DNA from: Terrimicrobiaceae bacterium
GTDB lineage: Bacteria > Verrucomicrobiota > Verrucomicrobiia > Chthoniobacterales > Terrimicrobiaceae
Length of the DNA stretch: 64,000 nt
Direction: 5' to 3'
Assembly (NCBI GenBank): GCA_041752695.1
Contig: JBGSVZ010000005.1
Coordinates: forward strand, 1-64,000
The position numbers and the translations under genes are program-made. The notes under the pieces were generated by a model that ran no database searches, was not told the DNA's origin, and worked only from the letters and a program-made list of their open reading frames with translations. Below, one piece after another: positions 9,169 to 19,226 of the stretch (position 1 is its first letter; every line of letters starts with the position of its first letter).

Positions 9169-9520
9169 TGGAGGCGAGGGGAGTCGAACCCCTGTCCATA
9201 ACGCGGTCAGCGAAACTTTCTACATGCTTAGACGATCTTTAATTTCGGAGATGAGCTGCGAACCGTCACGCCACGTCTCCTAGGTAGCCACGAAATCGAT
9301 TCACCCTCCACCGCGGTTACTCCGGCGAAGAATTAGCCTGCTGGCATCGCATTCGTCCCTAGCAGGCGTTGGGCCGAACACGTCACGGCGATTTAGGCCG
9401 CGAGAGCGAGATTTTCGGAATCTGCATTTATTTTTTTGATCCGATTTTTAACGAGGCCAACGAATCATCCTCGGCATGCGAGCTTGGCATCAAACATCAT
9501 GTCGAAACCAGTGCGCCCCC
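9169..9520 (-). ncRNA. ssrA: tmRNA
   Basis: 5' GGGGGCGCACTGGTTTCGAC; 3' GGACAGGGGTTCGACTCCCCTCGCCTCCA; internal tag frame 9425-9393 reads ADSENLALAA*. Confidence 0.97.
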
Positions 9521-9530
9521 AATGAGAAGC

Positions 9531-9558
9531 AACATATGCCAGAAGCGCGAAAGATCAA
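9531..9558 (-). promoter_or_regulatory. Putative sigma-70 promoter of ssrA
   Basis: TTGATC-N16-TATGTT, 10 nt upstream of the mature 5' end. Confidence 0.45.
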
Positions 9559-10394
9559 GGGACATTCCTCGAGCGCAGGGTGAGCAGCGCGATTTCCGGG
9601 GGGCAGCAGAAACGCACGGGGGGGAAGGCCGCGCCGACGCCGGTGGTGACAAATACCTGGGCCACCGGGCCCTGGCAGAGTCCGGAGGCATATTTCTGGC
9701 CATAGCGTGACGGGAGAATAGGGGCGCCGAGCCACGGAATGACACATTGTCCCCCGTGGGTGTGCCCACTCAGGACGAGGCCGACCCGGTCGTCGTTTAT
9801 CTTTTCGACGTAGTCGGGATTGTGTTGCAGCAGGAGGACGGATTTTGGGACGCGGGCTTGGGCGAGCGCCTGATGGAGGTGTTGTTTTTCCCGCCAGTAG
9901 TCTCCGGTGCCGGCGACGTGGAAGATTTGCCCGCCACGCTGGAGGGTGATACCGCGGTTGGTGAGGTCGGTGATCCCGGCGCGTTGCAGGCCTTCGCGCA
10001 TGACGGGTGCAGCGTTTTGGTAGTGGTCGTGGTTCCCAAGCACCGCAACGACGCCGTCCGGTGCGCGAAGGCCTGCCAATGCCGCCGCGCAGCCTGGTAC
10101 CCACTGTTTACCCCGATGCACAAAGTCCCCGGTCAGAGCGACCAAGTCCGCGCCGAGGGTGTTGGTGCGTTTTACGAGGTGTCTGATGTAGGCGGAAGAG
10201 ATCCACCAGCTGTGATGAAAGTCGGAGAGGAGCGCGACCCGGTAGCCGTCGAAAGCCCGCGGCAGTCCGGTGAGCGTGATCTCCCGCCGGGTCACCACAC
10301 AGCCATAAACATCCGCCAGGGCAAACCCCGCGCCCGCCAGGCCGGTGGCCGCCGCGCCCTTAAACGCCAGCGCAAGGAAACGTCGCCGGGTCAT
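9555..10394 (-). CDS. Metallophosphoesterase (YkuE/YaeI-like) with twin-arginine-like N-terminus
   Basis: MTRRRFL; SDFH, TGDF, GNHD, LSGHTHGGQ; TGATG coupling to the upstream gene. Confidence 0.9.
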   Translation of the reverse strand: MTRRRFLALAFKGAAATGLAGAGFALADVYGCVVTRREITLTGLPRAFDGYRVALLSDFHHSWWISSAYIRHLVKRTNTLGADLVALTGDFVHRGKQWVPGCAAALAGLRAPDGVVAVLGNHDHYQNAAPVMREGLQRAGITDLTNRGITLQRGGQIFHVAGTGDYWREKQHLHQALAQARVPKSVLLLQHNPDYVEKINDDRVGLVLSGHTHGGQCVIPWLGAPILPSRYGQKYASGLCQGPVAQVFVTTGVGAAFPPVRFCCPPEIALLTLRSRNVP

Positions 10395-11614
10395 CACGCC
10401 GCCCCCCGCACACGTGAGCTCCCGGGAATGGGAGGGGGCAGCGCACCCCCGGTGAATTTCGCGCTCCAGTCCACTTTCGCCGTGGTCACCATGAGAATGG
10501 CGAGTGTCAGGATCGCGCCGATGGTGATGGTGAGTCCGGTGAGGCCGTCGAAGAAGAAGCTGTAGCTGAATAAGACCATGTAAGCGAACTGGGCCAGAGC
10601 GGCTAAGCGGGCGAATTTTGCCCCGAACGCCAGGAACAAATAACCCGAGACCAGGAGCAAGGACACCGCGGCGGAAACCAGAAACGCGACCTCCATCGGA
10701 ACCAGATCCACGAGGTAGGCAAAAAGCAGTTGGAAGGCGAAGCACCCTGCGCCCAGGAAAAAGAAATTCATGGGATGGAGGTCCACTTTTTGCAGCAAAC
10801 AGATCACGACCAGCGCCGCGAAAAAGAAGAGGAGCGATACCGGGGCGAAGAATATGATCCGGGCGGCGGTCGGGCCGGGGTTAAGGACTTTCGGCATGGC
10901 CATGCCGATGGGGCGGGCTCCAATTTCGTCGGGATAAGCCCAGTCGAGTTTCCAGCCCCCACCTTCCCGGACTCTCTCGCTGGCCGATCCCGTTCCCACG
11001 GGAAAATCGATTTCGGCGAAATTGGTGAGCATTTGCAGCGAGAAATTTCGCACCCGTGACTCCGTTCCGAAGGAATATCCCCAGGCGTCGAGACCGCGGG
11101 TTTTGTAAGCCACTTCGAGGGTGGCTTTGGCGCCCGGCTCCACCATGACGGCTTCAGTAATCGGGGCACTGCCGGAGACGCTGGCAGTGGTTGGACGTCC
11201 GTTGAGCGTGTACGAAAACTGGGTGTACGAGGCGTCTGCCGTGGGTAGGGAGAACTGGACGAATAGAGTCTGCGGAATCGGCGTGGGGTTTTCGAAGACA
11301 TATTGTCCGCGGAAGCCGACATCGTAGGTCCGGAATTTCACCAGGCCCTTGCGTTTGGGGTCGGAGGCGAGGTTCACGTCCACATGGCTTTCCGCAGGCC
11401 GGATCCCGGCGCGTCCATCGCGGGTGCCCGGGCTTTGGTAATAGGCCGTCGGGTGCGGCTGAGTCATGGCTGGCCCCCAACCCTGCGAGACCGGACCACT
11501 GGCAGACCGGACCGCGTCCGTCGTGCGAACGTTGAGCGCGCCGCCGAGAAGGAACCATGCCACGGCGGTGCAGGCGTAGATGAAAAGGATGGCGAACAGG
11601 CGTTTGACGGTCAT
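10394..11614 (-). CDS. CreD-family inner membrane protein
   Basis: N-terminal TM, periplasmic domain, then TM cluster starting LHPMNFFFLG..F.F.LL..YL. Confidence 0.7.
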   Translation of the reverse strand: MTVKRLFAILFIYACTAVAWFLLGGALNVRTTDAVRSASGPVSQGWGPAMTQPHPTAYYQSPGTRDGRAGIRPAESHVDVNLASDPKRKGLVKFRTYDVGFRGQYVFENPTPIPQTLFVQFSLPTADASYTQFSYTLNGRPTTASVSGSAPITEAVMVEPGAKATLEVAYKTRGLDAWGYSFGTESRVRNFSLQMLTNFAEIDFPVGTGSASERVREGGGWKLDWAYPDEIGARPIGMAMPKVLNPGPTAARIIFFAPVSLLFFFAALVVICLLQKVDLHPMNFFFLGAGCFAFQLLFAYLVDLVPMEVAFLVSAAVSLLLVSGYLFLAFGAKFARLAALAQFAYMVLFSYSFFFDGLTGLTITIGAILTLAILMVTTAKVDWSAKFTGGALPPPIPGSSRVRGAA

Positions 11615-12702
11615 GGTTTTTTCGTGGCCTCGGGTTTTTGGTAAAAAAGACGGACACTGGGCGACTCGCCCTGGCAGAGTTCCTTGCGCAGCAGCACCTC
11701 GCCAGAACTCCCTGCGGGGGCAAACTCCACATTGCCCTGTGCCGCCACGGTGTCGTAGGCCGTGGGGAGGGTGAGCTGCCAGGCAAGGGATTCGATCAGG
11801 AGCGGCGTGGCCGGCAGGTTTAAGGCGAGATCGCCGCGCACGGGATCAAAGGGCGCGACGCGTCCCGTGTAACTCAGCTCAACCACGGTTTCCTCACCGG
11901 ACGACTCCGGCAGGCGGAACTCCAGCGTCTTTGCATCGGCCCGCGACGGAGAAGCGGCACGGCCGCCGACTTTGGCGGAGACAAGCTGGTTCGACTCCGG
12001 CAGAGCAAGGCGCCAGACGAGCGGACCTTCGTGCTGGATGCGCCAGGACATTTTGTTGAAAAAAGCTCCGTCAGAAACCACACGCATCTCGCTGGTTGCC
12101 TCGCGAATCACGGCGGGAAGGGTGACGGAAGGTGGTTGAGTCTCCGGGGGTACATAAAGCGCGAGCCGGACGAGCGGGTCACGGCCGAGCCGCCATTTTC
12201 CCTGGCCGGCGAACACTGCGCCTTCGACTTGCAGCGGACCCGACTGGGCCGAGGCCTCGAGGGTGGTGGTGACGGCCGGATTCACTTTCCACTCTGCACC
12301 CTTCCGGTCTTTCCGCAGGGGCAGGCCAAACCGGAGGGTCACGCTCGCACGGTGTTTGCCCTCCAAGGCGAGGGCGTAGAATCCCTCCCGTGCGAGGAGA
12401 ACAGCCTCCTTGGGTTCCACGTTTTCGAGAATCAGCCCGTCGCCCACCAGAGGCACGACATGGGGTCCATCCCGGAAGGTTTGCACGTCGAATGCCGCTG
12501 TGCCCGTGATCGCACCTCCCTCGACTTGCACCGCGTAGCGAGCGGCCAGGACAGCGCATTCCAACGGCGGCGGCGTCCATTGCGCCGACGCTGCTTCCAG
12601 GAGGGTGCGCAGTTCCTTGTAAGAAATCTGCACCCGCGCCTCGTCCAGATCCTGGGCCAGCGCCGGTGCCGCCAGACAGAGAAAACCAATCAGCCATCGC
12701 AT
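11611..12702 (-). CDS. Secreted hypothetical protein
   Basis: Signal peptide MRWLIGFLCLAAPALA; 4-nt overlap with the creD-like gene. Confidence 0.7.
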   Translation of the reverse strand: MRWLIGFLCLAAPALAQDLDEARVQISYKELRTLLEAASAQWTPPPLECAVLAARYAVQVEGGAITGTAAFDVQTFRDGPHVVPLVGDGLILENVEPKEAVLLAREGFYALALEGKHRASVTLRFGLPLRKDRKGAEWKVNPAVTTTLEASAQSGPLQVEGAVFAGQGKWRLGRDPLVRLALYVPPETQPPSVTLPAVIREATSEMRVVSDGAFFNKMSWRIQHEGPLVWRLALPESNQLVSAKVGGRAASPSRADAKTLEFRLPESSGEETVVELSYTGRVAPFDPVRGDLALNLPATPLLIESLAWQLTLPTAYDTVAAQGNVEFAPAGSSGEVLLRKELCQGESPSVRLFYQKPEATKKP

Positions 12703-12896
12703 GCCCGCACTCTTGCGGCTGATTTTGAAAGGTTGATGAAGGCTTGGTGAAATTTCCGGGAAAATGTGCCACGCCAGCGTCGACATTTACGACGGAGTTG
12801 GGCGTGGAAAAAATCGGACATCCGGATGGCCGTCGAGTTTCGTAATGGGGTTCTCAAGACCTCATCTCGAACCCACTGATCCTTAGTCATACCATC

Positions 12897-14609
12897 ATGG
12901 AATCTCTGCGAGAACGATTACACCGCGAGGCCGCCGAAGCGAGGGCGGGGCTGGTTGATGAACTGGATCGGCGCACTGTCGAATTGCAGCAGGCCCGGGA
13001 GGAACTCCGCCGGGCGACGGAGACGAAGGATCAGTTTCTGGCGATTCTCAGTCACGAGTTGCGGACGCCGTTGACGCCGATCCTCGCGGTGGTGAGTCAC
13101 CGGGCCGCCCAAAAGGATCTTCCGGAAGACGTGTTGCGGGATTTGGAAATGATCCGTCGGAATGTGGAGCTGGAGGCGCGCCTGATTGATGATTTGGTGG
13201 ATTTTTCCCGCATCACCGAGGGCACGCTGACGATTGATCGGGGCGAGGTGGAATTTGCCAGGATCGTTCGGCATGTGGTTGAAATGTGCCGCGACTCCGG
13301 CCAACCGCAGGCTCACGTTTCGTTTACGGATTCCGCAGACCGCACCCGGGTAAATGGGGATGCGGGCCGGCTCACACAGGTGGTTTGGAACTTGTTGCGC
13401 AACGCCCTCAAGTTCACCCCTCCCTCCGGAGAAGTGAACCTGCGCCTGTTTAACGACGGAGACCGCATCCTTCTTGAGGTGGCCGACACGGGTCAGGGGA
13501 TCGACGAGGTCCGTCTGCCACAAATTTTCGGCGCGTTGGAAAATGGTGGCAGGCTCAAATCGTCACAGTTTGGAGGGCTCGGACTGGGGCTCGCCATCAG
13601 CCGGGCGATCCTGGATCTGCATGAGGGGAAGATTACCGCGGCCAGCCGGGGACGTGACTGTGGGGCAACGTTCCGGGTGGAGCTGCCAACTCTGCAGGGC
13701 GCGCAGGAAGGCGGCAGCAAAACCTCCCGGCTCGATCCCGGTTTGTCCGCGGGCGGCGAGCGGGCCCATGTGCGAATTTTGCTGGTCGATGACCACGCCG
13801 ACACGTGCGCGATCATGGGGCAAATTTTAACCGCGATGGGCCACGAGGTGACGCTGGCCTACAGTCTCGCCCAGGCGGTGGCGGTTGCGTCGGACAGGTC
13901 GCTGGATCTGTTGATCAGCGATTTGAGCCTGACAGACGGGAGCGGGCTCGATGTGCTGCGCGAGGTGTCGCGGATTCAACCGGTCAAAGCCATCGCGGTG
14001 AGTGGCTACAGCATGGAGAAAGATGTGGCCGCGTCGCGGCAGGCGGGCTTCTTGGCGCATCTCACCAAGCCTATTGACGTGCAGGCGCTGGGGGAGTTGA
14101 TCGCGCGTGTATTTTCCTCCGTAAGTCCGGGCTCATCGCAGACCCCTTCGCGACCCGAATCGTCGGAGGGAATTCTTTCCGTTCTTTTAGTGGAGGACCA
14201 TCTCGACACGGCGATTGCGGTAGAAGAGGCCCTGAGGCATCGGAATTGCCGGGTGCGGAGGGCGGCCTCTGTGGCGGAGGGTTTACAGGCGATCATTGAG
14301 CAGTCTTTTGATGTGATCGTGAGTGATGTGGGTCTGCCGGATGGGCATGGGGTGAGTCTCATCCATGGAGTGCGGCGGTTTTGTCAGACCCCGGCCATTG
14401 CGCTCACGGCGTTTTCTTCCGCCGACGATGTGGCCCGGTGCATGAAGGCCGGATTTGATTTGCATCTGCCGAAACCCATTGAAATGGGAGTGCTTTACCG
14501 GGAAATCGTCCGGCTTGCCGATCTGGGAAAATCCGGCGGGTCTAACCGGTTGGGTGGCCTGGGTGGTCAGGGACCGACCGAATCGATGGCACGCGTGAAG
14601 CCGGAGTGA
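12897..14609 (+). CDS. Hybrid histidine kinase with two receiver domains and no sensor domain
   Basis: SHELRTPL, NLLRNALKF, DTGQGI, GLGLGL; two REC domains (LLVDDH..LISD; LLVEDH..IVSD). Confidence 0.92.
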   Translation: MESLRERLHREAAEARAGLVDELDRRTVELQQAREELRRATETKDQFLAILSHELRTPLTPILAVVSHRAAQKDLPEDVLRDLEMIRRNVELEARLIDDLVDFSRITEGTLTIDRGEVEFARIVRHVVEMCRDSGQPQAHVSFTDSADRTRVNGDAGRLTQVVWNLLRNALKFTPPSGEVNLRLFNDGDRILLEVADTGQGIDEVRLPQIFGALENGGRLKSSQFGGLGLGLAISRAILDLHEGKITAASRGRDCGATFRVELPTLQGAQEGGSKTSRLDPGLSAGGERAHVRILLVDDHADTCAIMGQILTAMGHEVTLAYSLAQAVAVASDRSLDLLISDLSLTDGSGLDVLREVSRIQPVKAIAVSGYSMEKDVAASRQAGFLAHLTKPIDVQALGELIARVFSSVSPGSSQTPSRPESSEGILSVLLVEDHLDTAIAVEEALRHRNCRVRRAASVAEGLQAIIEQSFDVIVSDVGLPDGHGVSLIHGVRRFCQTPAIALTAFSSADDVARCMKAGFDLHLPKPIEMGVLYREIVRLADLGKSGGSNRLGGLGGQGPTESMARVKPE

Positions 14610-16231
14610 ATCTCCTCCCGCATCTTCTTTTCCTCCGCGACCATTCGCCGGAAATAGTCGTAAGCGGTGCGAGTGTCGAACGCGTTGATGTCGCTGATCG
14701 AGGCCGATCGTAAATCGCCGAGGAGCTGGCGTCGGGCGCTGGCGAGATCAGCAGCACTCATGCGGCTGCCTGCCTTGAGACTGCGTTCGAAGGTGTCCAA
14801 GGCCCGGCGGATGCCGGGATTGGTAAATCCCGCCGAGGAAAGCTGGCGGGCCTTGGCGTCGGCAAAAAGCTTGATGAATTCGGTGCTGGTCGTCTCGATT
14901 TTTCCCAACTGTCCGGATTGGAGATAAAAGCGCGGCCACTGGATCGGTTCCCAGGCCTTGACCTTGTCGAGCCGATAGCCGAAACGCCTGACGGACGAGT
15001 CGACCTCGCCGCTGGCGGAATTCACCTTGCGGACCAGCAGGTAGGTGGCGATACCGATCACCTTGCCGGAATCGACGTGGATGATCGGGCTTCCGCTGTT
15101 TCCGGGCACAAAAGGGGCGTCCACTTCGATGAGATTCGGTCCGATGCCGACGATCCGGCCTTCCAGGGGTTTGACCACGCCGGCGCCTTCCGCGTTGCCG
15201 AGAACGGCGATGGGATCCCCCACGCGCACGCTCGAATCGAGCTCCTTAAGCAGCTCCAGGTTGGTGGCGGTGCCGTCGGGAAGCGTGATTTTGCTCACGT
15301 CGCTCTCCACGCCAACAAATGCCGGGCCGGGGTTGAGGGACGTGCCGCTGAGGGTGGAAAAACGCGGTTGTGGATTGTTGCTGAGCACGTGCGTGTTGGT
15401 CAGCAGGATAGGCTGTCCATCCATGAGGCAGACAAAACCGCTGCCGACACCGTTTTGGCCCTCAATGACGACGAGGCTGCTGTGATTTTTGCCGAGGAGT
15501 TCGGTCACGGCGGCGGACGGTGGGCCAGGCGTCGCGGAGGGTGACGGTAAAGCAACCGGCGTGCTCGTGGAAAGAGAAGGCCCGTTGCCCAGGAAGCTGG
15601 CTGGCGGCTGTGTGATGTTCGTGACCGTGGAGGGAGTCGCCAGGGCGGCCGCGACGGGTGCTCCCTGGAAGTTGAGAGAGGCGAGCAGGTTTTCCAAATC
15701 GAGACGGCTGGTCGGGTCGGATTCGTCCGACTGCCAGTAGCAGCGCAGAGAGGGCGGGGGAAAACGGTTTATTGCGACGCAGGAGAATGTTCGCCGCAGT
15801 CCACTGCCGTTGATGGCGGAGATTTCGCCAAAGAGAATCGAATCGGAGCCGCCTGGAGTGCCCCGGGAGATGAATTTTTCCGCCCGGTATCCCCGGTCCG
15901 CCGCGATCTCCGTGAGCCGCACGATGAGGTCCTGCATGGCGAATGGGCCCCCCGCGGTGCGGTGGCTGCGGTCCCGGACGATGGTAAGCGAGGCCTGACG
16001 CTGACCATCTACCGGCCTCGCGTGAAGCAGCAAGGTCAGCGCTTCGGGATCTTCCAAGCGCGCCGGAACCTTCGTGTTGGACCCTGTGGGATCCAGCACA
16101 GTGGTCTGCCATCCTGGCGGCAACGTGAGGGTCAATCCGTCGCCCAGCGCGATGGGAGGGGTTTGTGCAGCCAGAAGGCCAGAAGAAACCACCAAGATGG
16201 CGGACAGAAAAATCAGCGGGCGGCGGCGCAT
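14567..16231 (-). CDS. Secreted trypsin-like (S1) serine protease
   Basis: Signal peptide; GSGF, TNTHVL, PGNSGSP. Confidence 0.88.
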   Translation of the reverse strand: MRRRPLIFLSAILVVSSGLLAAQTPPIALGDGLTLTLPPGWQTTVLDPTGSNTKVPARLEDPEALTLLLHARPVDGQRQASLTIVRDRSHRTAGGPFAMQDLIVRLTEIAADRGYRAEKFISRGTPGGSDSILFGEISAINGSGLRRTFSCVAINRFPPPSLRCYWQSDESDPTSRLDLENLLASLNFQGAPVAAALATPSTVTNITQPPASFLGNGPSLSTSTPVALPSPSATPGPPSAAVTELLGKNHSSLVVIEGQNGVGSGFVCLMDGQPILLTNTHVLSNNPQPRFSTLSGTSLNPGPAFVGVESDVSKITLPDGTATNLELLKELDSSVRVGDPIAVLGNAEGAGVVKPLEGRIVGIGPNLIEVDAPFVPGNSGSPIIHVDSGKVIGIATYLLVRKVNSASGEVDSSVRRFGYRLDKVKAWEPIQWPRFYLQSGQLGKIETTSTEFIKLFADAKARQLSSAGFTNPGIRRALDTFERSLKAGSRMSAADLASARRQLLGDLRSASISDINAFDTRTAYDYFRRMVAEEKKMREEIHSGFTRAIDSVGP

Positions 16232-16342
16232 GGCGCGAGCAAAGCCCGGGGAACCGGGGATTTCAATCCGGAAGATTGGGGGAGAGTCCGAGACGCGGGG
16301 GGCGGGCGGCGATTTCGCCTTTTTTCGGGGAAAGCACCCCTA

Positions 16343-16371
16343 TTGACAGTCGGCGGGACTCCCTCCATAGT
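16343..16371 (+). promoter_or_regulatory. Sigma-70 promoter of typA
   Basis: TTGACA-N17-CATAGT, 32 nt upstream of the ATG. Confidence 0.65.
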
Positions 16372-16403
16372 CCCCGGCCCGTCACTTTCGGCGGAAGACA
16401 CCT

Positions 16404-18221
16404 ATGGAAAAAATTCGCAACATCGCCATTATCGCCCACGTTGACCACGGGAAGACCACGCTCGTGGACCAGCTGCTCAAACAGGCGGGCACCTTTCGCG
16501 CCAACCAGAAGACCGACGAGCGCATGATGGACTCGATGGACCTGGAAAAGGAAAAAGGCATCACCATCCGCGCTAAAAACGCGGCGTTCCGCTGGAACGA
16601 CTACCACATCAACATCGTGGACACTCCCGGCCACGCCGATTTCGGTGGTGAAGTGGAGCGCATCATGAAGATGGTGGACGGCGTGTTGCTCGTGGTTGAC
16701 AGCCACGACGGCCCCCAGGCGCAGACCAAGTTTGTGTTGCGCAAGGCGATGGAAAACGGCCTCAAGCCGATCGTGGTCATCAACAAAATCGACCGCGAAA
16801 ACGCCCGTCCCCACAAGGTGCTCGACATGGTGTTTGAGCTTTTCCTCGAACTCAATGCGACGGACGAGCAACTGGATTTTCCCCACATTTACGCCAGCGC
16901 CAAAGCCGGTTATGCCAAACGCGAGTTGGTGGACCCGAGCGAAACGATGGTTCCCCTTTACGAGGCCATTGCGTGGCACATTCCGGCTCCCAAAAAGTCG
17001 GACAAAGACTATTTCCAGTTCCTGGTGTCCAACCTCGATTACAGCGACTACCTGGGCCGAATCGCCTACGGACGCATCGTCAGCGGCAGCGTGAAGGTGG
17101 GCCAGAGCGCGGTGTGTTTCCATCACACCGGCAAGAAAACCCGCGCGAATGTCACGGCGGTGTTCAGCCATGAAGGCCTGGAAAAAGTCCAAATCGAAAG
17201 CGCTAGCGAAGGCGACATTGTGGGCATCACCGGCTTTGAAGACGTTTTCATCGGCGAAACCATTTCCGACAACGAGGACCGCGAACCGCTTCCTTTCGTC
17301 CACATTGATCCTCCGACGATCACGATGAAGATTTGCGTGAATGACTCGCCGCTCGCCGGACGCGAGGGCAAGTTGCTGACCGCGCGCCAGATCAAGGACC
17401 GCCTCACCAAGGAAACGCGCACAAACGTGTCGATCAGCGTGGCGGAAACCGAAGTGGCCGGACACTTTGAAATCAAGGCCCGCGGCGAAATGCAGATTGC
17501 CGTTCTGGTCGAGCAGATGCGCCGCGAGGGATTTGAAATCCTCGTCTCGCGTCCCGAAGTCATTTTCCAGCGCGCCGAAGACGGCTCGCTCGTCGAACCC
17601 ATGGAAACACTCTACGTGGACGTTCCTCCGGACAACTTGGGCGACATCCTCCAATCCCTGGCCGGCCGTAAAGCCGAAATCACCAACATGGAGCACCATC
17701 CGCACAACGTGCTGGTGGAAGCCGTCATCCCGACTCGCGGTTTGATCGGATTCGAAACCGACCTCGTCAACGTGACGAAGGGCCATGGCATCGCGTCGCA
17801 CCTTTTCAAAGAATACGGCCCGCATAAAGGCGACATCCCGAGCCGTGGCAAGGGTGTGCTTGTTTCCATGGAAGGTGGCATCAGCATGGCCTACGCGCTG
17901 GATTCCATCCAGGAACGCGGACGCCTCTTCATTGGGCCTCAGGAAGAAATTTACGAAGGGATGATTGTGGGCGAAAACGCTCGTCCGGATGACATGCCGG
18001 TGAATCCCTGCAAGGCGAAAAAACTCACCAACATGCGCTCCCAGGGCGACGGTAAGGGCATATCGCTCGCTCCTCCGCTCGTCATGAGCCTGGAACGCGC
18101 GCTCGAATACATCGCCCCCGACGAATACGTCGAGGCCACGCCAAAGTCCCTGCGCCTGCGCAAGAAAATCCTCGACGCCAACATGCGCAAACGCGCGACG
18201 AAGGCGGTCACGCCCGAATAG
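16404..18221 (+). CDS. typA: Translational GTPase TypA/BipA
   Basis: [44 protein letters not shown]. Confidence 0.98.
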   Translation: MEKIRNIAIIAHVDHGKTTLVDQLLKQAGTFRANQKTDERMMDSMDLEKEKGITIRAKNAAFRWNDYHINIVDTPGHADFGGEVERIMKMVDGVLLVVDSHDGPQAQTKFVLRKAMENGLKPIVVINKIDRENARPHKVLDMVFELFLELNATDEQLDFPHIYASAKAGYAKRELVDPSETMVPLYEAIAWHIPAPKKSDKDYFQFLVSNLDYSDYLGRIAYGRIVSGSVKVGQSAVCFHHTGKKTRANVTAVFSHEGLEKVQIESASEGDIVGITGFEDVFIGETISDNEDREPLPFVHIDPPTITMKICVNDSPLAGREGKLLTARQIKDRLTKETRTNVSISVAETEVAGHFEIKARGEMQIAVLVEQMRREGFEILVSRPEVIFQRAEDGSLVEPMETLYVDVPPDNLGDILQSLAGRKAEITNMEHHPHNVLVEAVIPTRGLIGFETDLVNVTKGHGIASHLFKEYGPHKGDIPSRGKGVLVSMEGGISMAYALDSIQERGRLFIGPQEEIYEGMIVGENARPDDMPVNPCKAKKLTNMRSQGDGKGISLAPPLVMSLERALEYIAPDEYVEATPKSLRLRKKILDANMRKRATKAVTPE

Positions 18222-18235
18222 GTGTTTCGCCGGGA

Positions 18236-18263
18236 TGGAGGGACGACCACCGCGTCGTCCCTC
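18236..18263 (+). repeat. GGAG-type REP-like hairpin (may also act as terminator)
   Basis: TG-GAGGGACGAC-CACCGC-GTCGTCCCTC between convergent genes. Confidence 0.55.
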
Positions 18264-18314
18264 TGCCGGAATTGCGAGGGAAGTTCTCTCCGAGAGCGGC
18301 AAGGGGGACAGGGC

Positions 18315-19226
18315 TTACGGTTTCTCCGCGATTTCGACCACCAGCGCATTGTGGTCGGATCCAAGGGCGGGTTCGACTCTGCGGTCCACGAGAGTGAGGC
18401 CGGGGCCGAGGAGGACGTGGTCGATCGGGATGCCAAAAAGCGGGTGGTGCCGCATCCATGTCGGCGAAAAAGGCGGTGAAGGGTTTTGTAGCTCACCGCG
18501 CTGCAGGACTTCCCGAAACCACGGAGAAAACGGGGTGAGGTTCAGGTCCCCGCAGAGGATGGCCCGGGGCCGACCTTTGAGAATCGCGGCGGCTTCGAGA
18601 AGCTGCTGATTGCGCATGGCGCTATGTTCCGCGCTGGATGGCGGCATGGGATGCAACGCGAGGATGCGCAGGCCTGACACCGTAACGTCTGCCCAAGGTA
18701 GGCCGTAGTCTCCAAACGCCTGCTCTCCGCCCTCCATGGGCTTTCTGCTGTAGAGCGCGATGCCGAAATTGTCCTCCCTCGTGCTGACCAGGCGATGCGG
18801 ATATCGCACCTCCAGCGGACGGAGCGATTGCATCCAGGAGTTGTTCACCTCCATAAGGAAGACGACATCGGCGTCCTCGGTTTCGAGAAACCGCAGGACA
18901 TCGGCATGGCGCGGGTTGGTGGTATTGACATTGTAACTGACCAGTTTCAACCGGGGTGCACCTGGGGCCGGTGGGGCGGGGGATTGGAACGGCAGGAAGC
19001 TGGTCAGGACGACCAACGCGGCGAGCAGTGAGGCGATGGCACTTTTCCAGAGGCGGAGGAGAAGAAAAGCCAGTCCGCAGAGGAGAAGTGCGGCGGCGTA
19101 TTGCGCGCGAAAGTGGCTGAAAAGATCAAGCAGCCAATGCCAGCGGCCGAGGAAACCGAGGAGGAAAAAGGTCGCCGGCAGGATCGCCGCCACCTGCAAC
19201 AGTCCGCTGATTTTGGGGCGGACCAT
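18315..19226 (-). CDS. Endonuclease/exonuclease/phosphatase (EEP) family membrane protein
   Basis: SYNV, FLMEV, GDLNLTPFS, IDHVL, GSDH; N-terminal TMs. Confidence 0.9.
   Translation of the reverse strand: MVRPKISGLLQVAAILPATFFLLGFLGRWHWLLDLFSHFRAQYAAALLLCGLAFLLLRLWKSAIASLLAALVVLTSFLPFQSPAPPAPGAPRLKLVSYNVNTTNPRHADVLRFLETEDADVVFLMEVNNSWMQSLRPLEVRYPHRLVSTREDNFGIALYSRKPMEGGEQAFGDYGLPWADVTVSGLRILALHPMPPSSAEHSAMRNQQLLEAAAILKGRPRAILCGDLNLTPFSPWFREVLQRGELQNPSPPFSPTWMRHHPLFGIPIDHVLLGPGLTLVDRRVEPALGSDHNALVVEIAEKP

Noticed and set aside
9169..9200. tRNA-like T-arm and acceptor stem
   Set aside because: It is the tRNA-like domain of tmRNA; the 5' partner and tag frame are present
9555..10745. 396-aa version of the phosphoesterase, and other 5'-extended ORF-track starts (5190, 21203, 22165, 23322, 48826, 60049)
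   Set aside because: The extensions overlap neighbouring genes; downstream starts fit family N-termini and stop/start coupling
16263..18302. 679-aa ORF antisense to typA
   Set aside because: Shadow ORF from high-GC codon bias opposite a conserved gene; no recognisable motifs
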